A stretch of 64,000 nt of DNA from Minisyncoccota bacterium (GTDB lineage Bacteria; Patescibacteriota; Minisyncoccia; Phycocordibacterales; SW-6-46-9), in assembly GCA_040905385.1 (NCBI GenBank), contig JBBDRP010000002.1, positions 149,337 through 213,336 of the forward strand. The letters run 5' to 3'. The notes under the pieces are model-generated. The model was not told the DNA's origin. It did no database searches and saw only the letters and a program-made list of their open reading frames with translations. Numbering within the stretch: the stretch's first letter is position 1; each line of letters starts with the position of its first letter. Shown here in pieces: positions 21,113 through 29,807 of this stretch. The translations under genes were made by a program, and so were the position numbers.

Positions 21113-21230
21113 TGTCTGTAAGGTTGCAACCCTTGCAACATCTCCAGTCTCAGCAGTCTGTAAGGATAACATCTTTGCAGACCCTATAATCGTGGTGGTA
21201 TATTTCAACATTTAAGGGTCTAACCCTTAT
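21113..21230. repeat. REP-like palindrome cluster (unit A)
   Basis: gtctgtaagg..ttgcagaccctataatc..ttaagggtctaaccctta, homologous to 24735-24801. Confidence 0.7.
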
Positions 21231-21357
21231 ATAAGCAGGCATTCACTGCAGGCTCTTAGCCTGTGAGTGCTATGAACCAGAGACTTTGTCACGGTTCATA
21301 GCCACCCCAAACCGTGTCGCAAAGCGACTCTGGTTCGGGGTGGTACAATAAGCCTGT

Positions 21358-22194
21358 ATGGAAACACTGATCCTCGTAGCGATCTTTATCCTCGGTACCA
21401 TTCTCGGTAGCGGGCTGAATGCGCTGGCTTGGCGAGTCGAAACCGAGCAAACCTGGATCCGTGGTCGCTCACGTTGCCCCCACTGCCGCCACACACTTGC
21501 CTGGTGGGAGCTACTGCCGCTCCTTAGCTTCTTTCTGCTGCGTCGCCGCTGCCATCAGTGCCAGCAGCCGATCAGCTGGCAGTATCCGCTGGTCGAACTG
21601 GCGGCAGGGGGATTACTACTTCTGTCATACACAACCTTCGGTTTTTCTATCGGCAGTATTTTTGCAGCGCTTGTGGGGCTGCTTCTCCTGTTTATCTATA
21701 TCTACGACGGTAACACCTTAGTGATACCGAACCCGGCCGTCTGGGCGTTCAACCTACTGGCGCTGGCGGTGCTCTTTATAAATCTTGATTATGCGCTCGT
21801 CTCTGGCGGTGAGTTTTTCGTACTTCCAGGTGGCTGGGCACTGGCGGCTGGTCCGCTGGTGGCCGCCCCACTTTTTGCAATTTGGTTCTTTTCGCGTGGG
21901 CGCGCTATGGGCTTTGGCGATGTAAAGCTGGCGCTGGGTATCGGCTGGTCGCTCGGTATCACTGGTGGCTTATCAGCCTTGACTTACGCCTTCTGGATCG
22001 GGGCAATCGTCAGCCTCGGGCTTCTGGCTTTTCAGCGTTTGTGGAAAAGCTCCTCGCTAAAAGCGGGGGAGCAACATACAATAGAGGCAGCCGATAGCTC
22101 GACGCGGCTAACCATGAAGTCAGCCGTGCCGTTTGGGCCGTTTCTGATTCTTGGCTGGCTTATCGCGTTTTTCTCTAGTATCACGTTATTTTGA
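21358..22194 (+). CDS. pilD: Prepilin peptidase
   Basis: RSRCPHC, RCHQC, YPLVEL, MGFGDVKL, VPFGPFL. Confidence 0.95.
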   Translation: METLILVAIFILGTILGSGLNALAWRVETEQTWIRGRSRCPHCRHTLAWWELLPLLSFFLLRRRCHQCQQPISWQYPLVELAAGGLLLLSYTTFGFSIGSIFAALVGLLLLFIYIYDGNTLVIPNPAVWAFNLLALAVLFINLDYALVSGGEFFVLPGGWALAAGPLVAAPLFAIWFFSRGRAMGFGDVKLALGIGWSLGITGGLSALTYAFWIGAIVSLGLLAFQRLWKSSSLKAGEQHTIEAADSSTRLTMKSAVPFGPFLILGWLIAFFSSITLF

Positions 22195-22907
22195 ACCTCT
22201 TTACGACACAATTGGACCCAGGTAAAGAACCCTTCTTCAAACAGGCGGCTGGCTTCACTACGACAAACGAGACAGAGGACGAGAGCTTCTTCTCATCCTT
22301 GTGGAGTGCCGTCGGAGCAAATCCTCCACATAAGATATGTGGGGGATTTACCCTAATGGAGATTATGGTGGCAATAGCCGTCATCGCCATTGTCTCCAGT
22401 ATGGTTTTCACGCAGCGAGATGCTTTCTCGCGCTCGGTGGGGCTCAACAACGTAGCTCACGAGGTTGCGCTAGCAGTCCGGCAGACGCAAATTTACGGGG
22501 TTAGCTCACGTGGCAGCGAGCTTACCGATCCGATCTATGATTTTTCCTACGGTATTTATTTTGATTCAGGTACGCCGGATGAATTTTCTATTTACAGAGA
22601 TTCGGTAGGTAACAAGGGGTATCAGCCAGGCGATGTAGAGGTAGAGACGTACACACTTCCTGCCGGGGTAGAAATTGCTGGTGTCTGTGTTAATACCGGG
22701 TTTTCTAGTACCGACTGTGCTCCGGGTGATACCCCTGGTGACGCTGTGATTATGTTTTCGCGCCCACATCCCAACGCCGAATTCATAGCACGCACTAACG
22801 GTAAAAATATTATTGGCGATACAGCTGTGATCTTACTAGAAGAGGAGGAGTCAGGCGCTCGTCGCAAGGTGATCGTCCGCCGCTCTGGTTTTATAACGGT
22901 CGAGTAA
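22191..22907 (+). CDS. Minor pilin (FimT/FimU-like) with an expanded leader
   Basis: G|FTLMEIMVAIAVIAIV after a 52-aa leader; TTG start overlapping the pilD stop is uncertain. Confidence 0.85.
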   Translation: MNLFTTQLDPGKEPFFKQAAGFTTTNETEDESFFSSLWSAVGANPPHKICGGFTLMEIMVAIAVIAIVSSMVFTQRDAFSRSVGLNNVAHEVALAVRQTQIYGVSSRGSELTDPIYDFSYGIYFDSGTPDEFSIYRDSVGNKGYQPGDVEVETYTLPAGVEIAGVCVNTGFSSTDCAPGDTPGDAVIMFSRPHPNAEFIARTNGKNIIGDTAVILLEEEESGARRKVIVRRSGFITVE

Positions 22908-22912
22908 TACGT

Positions 22913-23470
22913 ATGGAAACAACGAACACAACTCACAGTCAGATAAACGGGTTCTCGCTGGTTGAGATAGTGGTGGCGGTCGCCATCTTCACCATGGTGG
23001 CGACCGCCATTCTTACCAGCCTATTGGCGGTGGTTGATTCCAGTCGCCAACAGCAGGCCCGTGGTGAGGCTGTCGATACCCTGAACTTTATCGTCGATGA
23101 CATGATGCGCCGGATTCGTACGGGGTATAATTTCAAATGTGGTAGCGGTAGCGGCACCAGTGATGGTGATGAGTGCGATACGTTTTCCTTTACTGCCTCG
23201 GAGTTTGATGCCAACGCCAGCACAAACCCGCGGATAACGTATGAAGAATCAGGTGGTCAACTGTATCGCGGTAGTCAACAGCTGACCGGACCACCGCTTG
23301 AGATCACTGATCTTTCCTTTACGGTCGATGGTTCTGGTTCCGGTGATTTAAAGCAGGCACGTGTTTTACTTACCATCACCGGAGAAATTGATGATATAAG
23401 CGAAAATCCGCAATCATTCAGCATTCAGACCACCATTGCCCAGCGGCTCCTGTTTCCACCGAGCGATTAA
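22913..23470 (+). CDS. Minor pilin (PilW/GspJ-like)
   Basis: G|FSLVEIVVAVAIF, MRRIRTG, C-terminal IQTTIAQR. Confidence 0.88.
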   Translation: METTNTTHSQINGFSLVEIVVAVAIFTMVATAILTSLLAVVDSSRQQQARGEAVDTLNFIVDDMMRRIRTGYNFKCGSGSGTSDGDECDTFSFTASEFDANASTNPRITYEESGGQLYRGSQQLTGPPLEITDLSFTVDGSGSGDLKQARVLLTITGEIDDISENPQSFSIQTTIAQRLLFPPSD

Positions 23471-23484
23471 ATCATAGAGATACG

Positions 23485-24066
23485 ATGCAAAACCTTCTTA
23501 TACAATCTAAGTACACAACCGCTGGAAAGAATTCTGGATTCTCTTTAATGGAAACCATTGTTGCCATCGGTATCATGACCGTCGCGATATCCGGAATTAT
23601 GAATCTTGTGTACCAAGGTTCGGTTGCCAGCCGCTTCCAGACCGACCAGATCACTGCTACATACCTGGCGGCCGATGCTATCGAGTATGTCCGTGCCGAT
23701 CGTGATACCTACTGGCTCGAAAAACCTCGTACCCACAGATTTGATGAATGGGTAAACGCCGCCCCAATTACCGAATGTACCAGCGCTTGTGCTATTGATA
23801 CGCGGATTGGCGAAGAGTCCATTACTGAATGTAATGATGGTTGTGATCCGCTTGATTACAATGACAGCACAAAATTATACGGTTATGGTAACGGCTCGGA
23901 AAGCCGCTTTACGCGGACGGTCGAGATCAATGCCATCGACAACGGCGGCCCGACTGGCGATGATGAGGCCGAAATCACCGTTACTGTTAGCTGGCAACAC
24001 ACTCTCGGCTCTACTGCTGAAATTACTATCCAGCAGTCGATATTTGATTACCGAGATAGCAACTAA
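23485..24066 (+). CDS. Minor pilin (PilV-like)
   Basis: G|FSLMETIVAIGI, ATYLAADAIEYVR, FTRTV, ITVTVSW. Confidence 0.88.
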   Translation: MQNLLIQSKYTTAGKNSGFSLMETIVAIGIMTVAISGIMNLVYQGSVASRFQTDQITATYLAADAIEYVRADRDTYWLEKPRTHRFDEWVNAAPITECTSACAIDTRIGEESITECNDGCDPLDYNDSTKLYGYGNGSESRFTRTVEINAIDNGGPTGDDEAEITVTVSWQHTLGSTAEITIQQSIFDYRDSN

Positions 24067-24068
24067 GT

Positions 24069-24725
24069 ATGCCTATGTTATATACAACTCAAAAAAATAA
24101 AGAAGCCGGGTCTACCACGACAAGTGAGGGACAAAACGAAAGCTTGCTTTCATTTTTCCCGAACGCTGTCGGGGCAAAACCAGCTACCGCAAATAAAGAA
24201 GCTGGTTTTACCCGCACACTCGAAGCTTCGAGTGTTAGCTCACAGGGTGAGCGCGGGTTCACCCTACTTCTGGCGGTGATTATTACCTCGGTGGTAATCC
24301 TCTTAGGTATCACCATTGCCGGTATCCTCCAGCGCGAAGCCTTGATTTCAGTCTCGTCTCAGGCCTCGACCCAGGCTTTCTATGCCGCTGATACTGCGCT
24401 GGAATGTGTGATGTACTACGATCAGGCACACGACATGTTTGCTACGTCAACACCAATATCAGACATTGAAGATGATATCGACAATAACCTTTCTTGTATC
24501 GGGGTTCTGGGAAGCAATGCGAAAGCAGAAGGAGATGATTATGGTGATCCGTACGAACGCAGTTTTCTGCTTGATGGTGAAGGAATCTGTGCCGGTGTCA
24601 GGATGGAGAAACGTCTTGTCGACACAGAAGAACGTACTTTTGTGTGGGCCCGTGGGCGTAATACCTGCGATAGTGATGCGCTGAACCGAGCTGAACGCGC
24701 TCTCCGCACCGCCTACGAAAACTAA
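24069..24725 (+). CDS. Minor pilin (PilX-like) with an expanded leader
   Basis: G|FTLLLAVII (no Glu5), AFYAADTALEC, 63-aa leader. Confidence 0.88.
   Translation: MPMLYTTQKNKEAGSTTTSEGQNESLLSFFPNAVGAKPATANKEAGFTRTLEASSVSSQGERGFTLLLAVIITSVVILLGITIAGILQREALISVSSQASTQAFYAADTALECVMYYDQAHDMFATSTPISDIEDDIDNNLSCIGVLGSNAKAEGDDYGDPYERSFLLDGEGICAGVRMEKRLVDTEERTFVWARGRNTCDSDALNRAERALRTAYEN
24123..24166. repeat. 44-nt hairpin element, exact reverse complement of 39527-39570
   Basis: agtgagggacaaaacgaaagcttgctttcatttttcccgaacgc, 44/44 match. Confidence 0.95.
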
Positions 24726-24734
24726 AGCCTAAGA

Positions 24735-24801
24735 GTCTGCAAGGATTTGAACCTTACAGACCTTATAATCCTAGGGATACTTTAAGGGTTAGACCCTTAA
24801 A
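24735..24801. repeat. REP-like palindrome cluster (unit B)
   Basis: gtctgcaagg..ccttacagaccttataatc..tttaagggttagacccttaaa. Confidence 0.7.
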
Positions 24802-24932
24802 GATTAACTTTATCGAGTTGTGAGATGAGGCAGGCATCTTCCTGATTACACTTATTTTGTGAATTGTCCACAGTCTGGTCCAGAATGTCGAAATCATGGT
24901 ATATAATGAATCCAGCTAGTTAACATCACGAT

Positions 24933-25445
24933 ATGAGCCAATCTACTTCACAATCAGGTGAAACCAACTTCTTTGCTCTGGCACTTTTAGTACTTTTTAC
25001 GGTGTTTTTGCTCGTGACGGTGACCAACAGCGGAGAAGAAACACAAAACTTCACGGACCGAGCGGCTACTACTGCAGCTCAGTCGGCAGACCAAACAGCT
25101 GACAATTCATCTACAGCCGAAAACCCTTTTATGCCGGCCGGAATTCCGGTGGATGAGAATGCGGTGGTAGAAAACCGTATGATTAGCCGTGGTTCCTCGG
25201 ATGCCATGCAGCAGGTTATCTCTTTCGAAACCTCACTGCCAGCTTCCGAGATTGTCGCCGCCTACCAAGACTGGATGAATCAGCATGACTACCGTCTCGA
25301 GCGCGAGCGGGTTGGTAACCTGGCGGCCTCGCTGATGGCTATTAATGGGGAAAAGGCGCTTGTGGTCGTGATATCTCACTTTACCAATACCGACACCCGC
25401 TTCGTCGAGATTATCAACTACGATAAAGCCAGCCTCCAGCAGTAA
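24933..25445 (+). CDS. Hypothetical single-TM protein
   Basis: 170 aa; C-domain resembles the next gene (F.T..S...I...Y..W...DY). Confidence 0.75.
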   Translation: MSQSTSQSGETNFFALALLVLFTVFLLVTVTNSGEETQNFTDRAATTAAQSADQTADNSSTAENPFMPAGIPVDENAVVENRMISRGSSDAMQQVISFETSLPASEIVAAYQDWMNQHDYRLERERVGNLAASLMAINGEKALVVVISHFTNTDTRFVEIINYDKASLQQ

Positions 25446-25526
25446 TTTGCCCAGCTGGTTATCCACACCATCTCTCGACCCTTTGCCTGTAGTTGTACGT
25501 TATAATAATACTAGATTTACGTAATT

Positions 25527-26180
25527 ATGGAGAATTCCGAAACCAATCACAACGAAGAAAACGAAATCCACACGATGCAGGATGACGTAGTCGAGGAATC
25601 AGCAGAAGATACCTCGGCCACCGATGAGCCAGAGTACGAAACGCACACCACCGCGCTCGTATTCTTAACCATCGTGGTTTTAGTGGTTTCCTTTATCGCC
25701 CTTACCAGCTCTACGGGGTTCGAGTTTCCTGATTTCAGCGATGACGTTCCGGATGACCGTATAAATGTCGCTGATTACGAAACCGAAGCGGAGCTAGAAA
25801 AAGCTCTCCGTGCACGACAAACGCATGGCAGCTCTGTTCCGCAGGAGGCGGCGGTGGCGATCGACACCACATCTCTAGCGCTGATTCCAACCACGCTTTT
25901 TGTTGATGAGGCCAATATTACTCGTAATCAGTTAATCGGTGAAGCTGGCAACTACCAGGCGGTTGGCTTTACCACTGCTCGTTCCTCGGCGGATCTCTAT
26001 GCTGAGTATACGGGCTGGTTGGCGGATAACGACTATGAAGTTTATCAAGAGCTCGAAGAAGCCGAGGGCTTCAAGTTGGCCGCTACCGGTTCAGCCGGAC
26101 AGCAGCTGACCATTTCGGTACTGAATCCGACCGACACCACACCGCAAGTGCATGTAATAATTCATTACATCGAAGGCTAA
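25527..26180 (+). CDS. Hypothetical single-TM acidic protein, likely paralogue of the preceding gene
   Basis: 217 aa; FTTARSSADLYAEYTGWLADNDY. Confidence 0.75.
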   Translation: MENSETNHNEENEIHTMQDDVVEESAEDTSATDEPEYETHTTALVFLTIVVLVVSFIALTSSTGFEFPDFSDDVPDDRINVADYETEAELEKALRARQTHGSSVPQEAAVAIDTTSLALIPTTLFVDEANITRNQLIGEAGNYQAVGFTTARSSADLYAEYTGWLADNDYEVYQELEEAEGFKLAATGSAGQQLTISVLNPTDTTPQVHVIIHYIEG

Positions 26181-26201
26181 TTTTAATACCTAAATTCTTT
26201 T

Positions 26202-28517
26202 ATGATGACCAACCTTCACAAAAACATCTCTGCCCGACACATCCTCACTCTCACCGCTAGCGCACTGGCAGTTGTTGCTCTGATTGCCGTCGGTGCTATG
26301 ACAATTACTGATCCCGAGCCAGCCCAGGCGCAGAGCCCATGTTTTATTGATTTCGTGCAGCATCCGAGCGCTATAGTAGATGAAGAAGCTGGTCCGTACC
26401 ATATTGAAGGTACCTGTGATGCCCCTAACTATATTTCGTACGGGTTATGGAATGTAACGGATGACGAATGGTTGATTGGTCCAACTACACAGTGGGTGAA
26501 CACTGATGGCATAGATTTTTCGGCGACTACCGACTGGACCTTCAGCAGTGTCGGTGACAAGCAGGTCGAGGCTCGCGTGAACTACGATGCAGACGTCGGT
26601 ACTTATACTTACTCGTACGCCGACCGCGATGTACGCACGATCACTGTTTCTCCTGCCGGTGGTGGCGGTGGTGGTAGTGGAGGAAGCTGTAGCTGGAATA
26701 ACTCTGTACCAGGGGAGGAAATTTCTTATTACGAATCAGTGGAAGCTGTACTTTCTGCATATGGTAAATCTGATAGTGAGAGTGTGACCCATACTATCAA
26801 CTTTAGTGACTACATAGATACTGATGAATACGTAAAGAGTATTAATTTTCGTCTCCGTACTGAAGGAACCATTGCTTGTAGTCATCCTGATCCTGGCTGC
26901 TACTTCTCTGCTGATGCAAGTGGCCTTGGGGCCAGTGTTGGGGTGACTGGTGGTACAACTATGATGGATAGCAGCGATTCTGATTCCGATGTCGCAGATT
27001 TTTCTCGCGATATTGGAAGTGGTGTCACTGAGGCTAGTTTTGATCTAAGTTGGTCTTATGATTTAACTCTTAAAGAGGGTGAACATGGCTCTGTATCCGT
27101 ACTTGCCGAAGTTAAGGATATTGAGCTCGAGGTTTGCGACACAGGACCGGGAAATGATGCCCCAGTCGCCGTTGATGACGGTACCCCTGACCACTCTGAA
27201 CGAACCCCAATAAATATCGGAGAACCAAAAAACCTCGATGTAATGGATAACGACTACGACCCGGATGACGGTCCGGTATCGCCAATTTATCTCACTGGCA
27301 CCCCAACCACCGATCGGGTTGGCTCATCCGTACTGATAAATGATGGTCAACTACTTTATGATCCCGGCAGTCTTACCTACGGAGAATATGATCAGATCAA
27401 CTATCAGATCTCCGACGGTGCGGATACCGACACCGCCACGGCATACATCCGCATAGTCAACAAGACTGCTCCTGTTGAGATAACGGTAGACGCCCTTGAA
27501 GGCGCGACCTACCAGCCAAAGTGGGATGGTGATTACCTTAACCAGGTTACTGGCAATCACATCTTTACCGTAGAGTTAGATAAAACCGCTCGTCTCTTTG
27601 AGATCATAGAGGATGAAGTGCAGATCTGTTGCGGATACGAACATGAGCTGAAGCAACCTGATTGGATTAAAAAAACTGTCCCTGTACAAGACTTCACCGG
27701 CAATGACTGGTCCGCTCTGCTGGGGCTGACGTATACAGAAGACAGTGGACCAAGCAGCTGCAGTGTAGTTGATACAGTTGATGTCACGTCTGCTGAAATA
27801 GATGTTTCAGTTATTGCATCTAACGGAAGCAGTCCCTCCGATTCTGACAGTAGCACGGTGACGTTCAGTGATTATACTAGTGGTGGTGATTATGTTAGCG
27901 AGCTTACGTATACATCAAGCGTCTTAGCAGAGCTTACTGGTGATTGTTTCGGTGGAGACCCTGGTTGTAGCGCCTTTGCGTCAGCCTCTGGTGTGTCGGC
28001 ACAAACTCCACCGGGTAACACTGATTCTGAAACTCAGACGTTCACAAATACGTACAGCGAAACCGATACTACTACCAGCGAAGACTTTTCTGTGGATGTG
28101 AGTGCATCATCTCCATCCACCCATGTTCATGGTGGAAGGGCCAGCGCCAGTGTCGGTAATATTCAGTTAAAGATCTGCGATGGTGGTTTGGAGACTGGCG
28201 TAGAGGCAAAAGCCACAACCGAGCTCACGCGTGATGCTATTTCTGGCAGTGGTCAGGCGACGTACGAGTTTGATGCCAGTGGCTCCACTGGCAGCAACCT
28301 TACCTATGAATGGGAGTATACCGGCAGCGACCCAAGCGGATACTTTGCCAGTATTGTGAGTCCAAATAGCGAAGTAACTGACGTCTTTGCTGAGAATAAG
28401 CCACCGTATGATTACGTCACCTTTAACTTTCTGTTAACGGTGACAGACTCTGTGAGTGGGGAGTCAGATACAGAAACCGTTTCCGTCGGCTTTAGCTGTA
28501 GTGGTTGCGGTGGTTAG
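26202..28517 (+). CDS. Large secreted Ig/cadherin-like/PKD surface protein (adhesin candidate)
   Basis: Signal peptide (AQA|QS), NDAPVAVDD..LDVMDNDYDPD, FDASGSTG.NLTYEW, two related Cys-containing domains. Confidence 0.8.
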   Translation: MMTNLHKNISARHILTLTASALAVVALIAVGAMTITDPEPAQAQSPCFIDFVQHPSAIVDEEAGPYHIEGTCDAPNYISYGLWNVTDDEWLIGPTTQWVNTDGIDFSATTDWTFSSVGDKQVEARVNYDADVGTYTYSYADRDVRTITVSPAGGGGGGSGGSCSWNNSVPGEEISYYESVEAVLSAYGKSDSESVTHTINFSDYIDTDEYVKSINFRLRTEGTIACSHPDPGCYFSADASGLGASVGVTGGTTMMDSSDSDSDVADFSRDIGSGVTEASFDLSWSYDLTLKEGEHGSVSVLAEVKDIELEVCDTGPGNDAPVAVDDGTPDHSERTPINIGEPKNLDVMDNDYDPDDGPVSPIYLTGTPTTDRVGSSVLINDGQLLYDPGSLTYGEYDQINYQISDGADTDTATAYIRIVNKTAPVEITVDALEGATYQPKWDGDYLNQVTGNHIFTVELDKTARLFEIIEDEVQICCGYEHELKQPDWIKKTVPVQDFTGNDWSALLGLTYTEDSGPSSCSVVDTVDVTSAEIDVSVIASNGSSPSDSDSSTVTFSDYTSGGDYVSELTYTSSVLAELTGDCFGGDPGCSAFASASGVSAQTPPGNTDSETQTFTNTYSETDTTTSEDFSVDVSASSPSTHVHGGRASASVGNIQLKICDGGLETGVEAKATTELTRDAISGSGQATYEFDASGSTGSNLTYEWEYTGSDPSGYFASIVSPNSEVTDVFAENKPPYDYVTFNFLLTVTDSVSGESDTETVSVGFSCSGCGG

Positions 28518-28569
28518 TCCTGGTTCAGTACGACGTTAAATTTCCCATTATAATATTTACTCAACAATC

Positions 28570-29442
28570 ATGACCAAATACACCGACAACCCAAAGCAGC
28601 TAATCACCCTCATCAGCGGTATCTTCATGGTGGCAGTGCTGGCGGTGATGGTTGGTGTCTCCGGTCTGGTTGGTACGTCAGACTTTGCAACCGAGACTTC
28701 AGCCGAAACGCTTGTCGAACAAAACGAAGAAGCCTCTTTTGAAATGTTCGGCGAGACAACATTACCGCCAATTTATGTGAATATCTGGAGCGATGGAGAT
28801 GATGAGTTCACGACCGCTCAGAGCTTCACACTCTCCTGGGACTCGGGTAGTGTTGTGGATGTTCAGGCCGACAGCAGTCTGGACTACTGGGGTGTTAGCG
28901 GCAGTTTGCCTACCAGTGGAACGAGCCTACCAATTTCCGAGTCATCGCCCGGTACCTACACCTACGGTTTACTTGGATTTGATGGCGATGGTAATCAGGT
29001 AGCTTCTGATGAGGTAAAGGTGACGATTATCGAGCCACCACGCTTTGACCTTTCCTTCCCAGACGGCGATGAAGTCGATCTTGATGGTGAACCGGGCTCA
29101 ATAACGGGTATTGATTTTAAGATAACTTCCGAAGAGGGGTATAAAGGCGACGTACGGATTACCATCGACCCCGATGATGTTGACCCAGATATGCGAGTCG
29201 ACGGCGGGTACCTTATCCGCTTCTGGGGCTTCCCAAATACTGTTACCTTGACTGAGGGTGCTAGCTCAACCATCACTATCAGTATGGAAACACTGCAAGC
29301 AATCCTTACTGATGAAACCTATGAAGTAGAGGTACTCGTAGAAGACCAGAGCGGCACAACGGTTCCTCCTGATGACAAGAAGACCGGAATCTTCAAGATC
29401 AACGCCGACGGCTTCGCACCAAGGACTATAGAAGAGTTTTAA
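28570..29442 (+). CDS. Membrane-anchored Ig-like domain protein
   Basis: N-terminal TM helix, FTLSWDS..GTYTYGL, ends RTIEEF. Confidence 0.75.
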   Translation: MTKYTDNPKQLITLISGIFMVAVLAVMVGVSGLVGTSDFATETSAETLVEQNEEASFEMFGETTLPPIYVNIWSDGDDEFTTAQSFTLSWDSGSVVDVQADSSLDYWGVSGSLPTSGTSLPISESSPGTYTYGLLGFDGDGNQVASDEVKVTIIEPPRFDLSFPDGDEVDLDGEPGSITGIDFKITSEEGYKGDVRITIDPDDVDPDMRVDGGYLIRFWGFPNTVTLTEGASSTITISMETLQAILTDETYEVEVLVEDQSGTTVPPDDKKTGIFKINADGFAPRTIEEF

Positions 29443-29472
29443 CCCGGTTAAATAATTCCAAATCCTTGTACT

Positions 29473-29727
29473 GTGTACTACGTGTATATTCTTGAGAGTC
29501 AAAAAGATGGCCAGCGTTATACGGGATATACAACAGATTTGGAATTACGACTTAAGCATCACAAGGCAGGAAAAGTCGAGTCAACCAGACATCGCCGACC
29601 ACTATAGCTTATATATTACGAAGCTTGTTTAAATAAAGATGATGCTACGCATCGAGAAACATATCTTAAAACCCACCATGGTCGGCAGTTTCTAGGCAAT
29701 CGGCTCAAGTCGTATTTAACTGGGTAA
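29473..29727 (+). pseudogene. Small GIY-YIG nuclease with an internal TAG stop
   Basis: MYYVYILES..RYTGYTTDLELRLKHH..STRHRRPL*LIYYEACLNKDDATHRETYLKT; TAG at 29605-29607; absent from the ORF track. Confidence 0.88.
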
Positions 29728-29762
29728 ATTTACAACCAGCTAAAGAAACGTATATAATAATA

Positions 29763-29798
29763 AATCCCCGAAACGCTGATATGCGCTCGGGGATTTTT
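29763..29798. terminator. Terminator between convergent genes
   Basis: aatccccga..tcggggattttt. Confidence 0.7.
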
Positions 29799-29807
29799 AG
29801 TTAATAT

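Noticed and set aside
20460-25467. Replication origin suggested by the DnaA boxes
   Set aside because: The boxes are single and dispersed, with no cluster or dnaA/dnaN nearby.
29605-29607. Stop-codon reassignment (TAG, or TGA as in code 25)
   Set aside because: TAG and TGA end many conserved genes at the expected positions (ftsH, pilB, pilC, smpB, pilD, murC).
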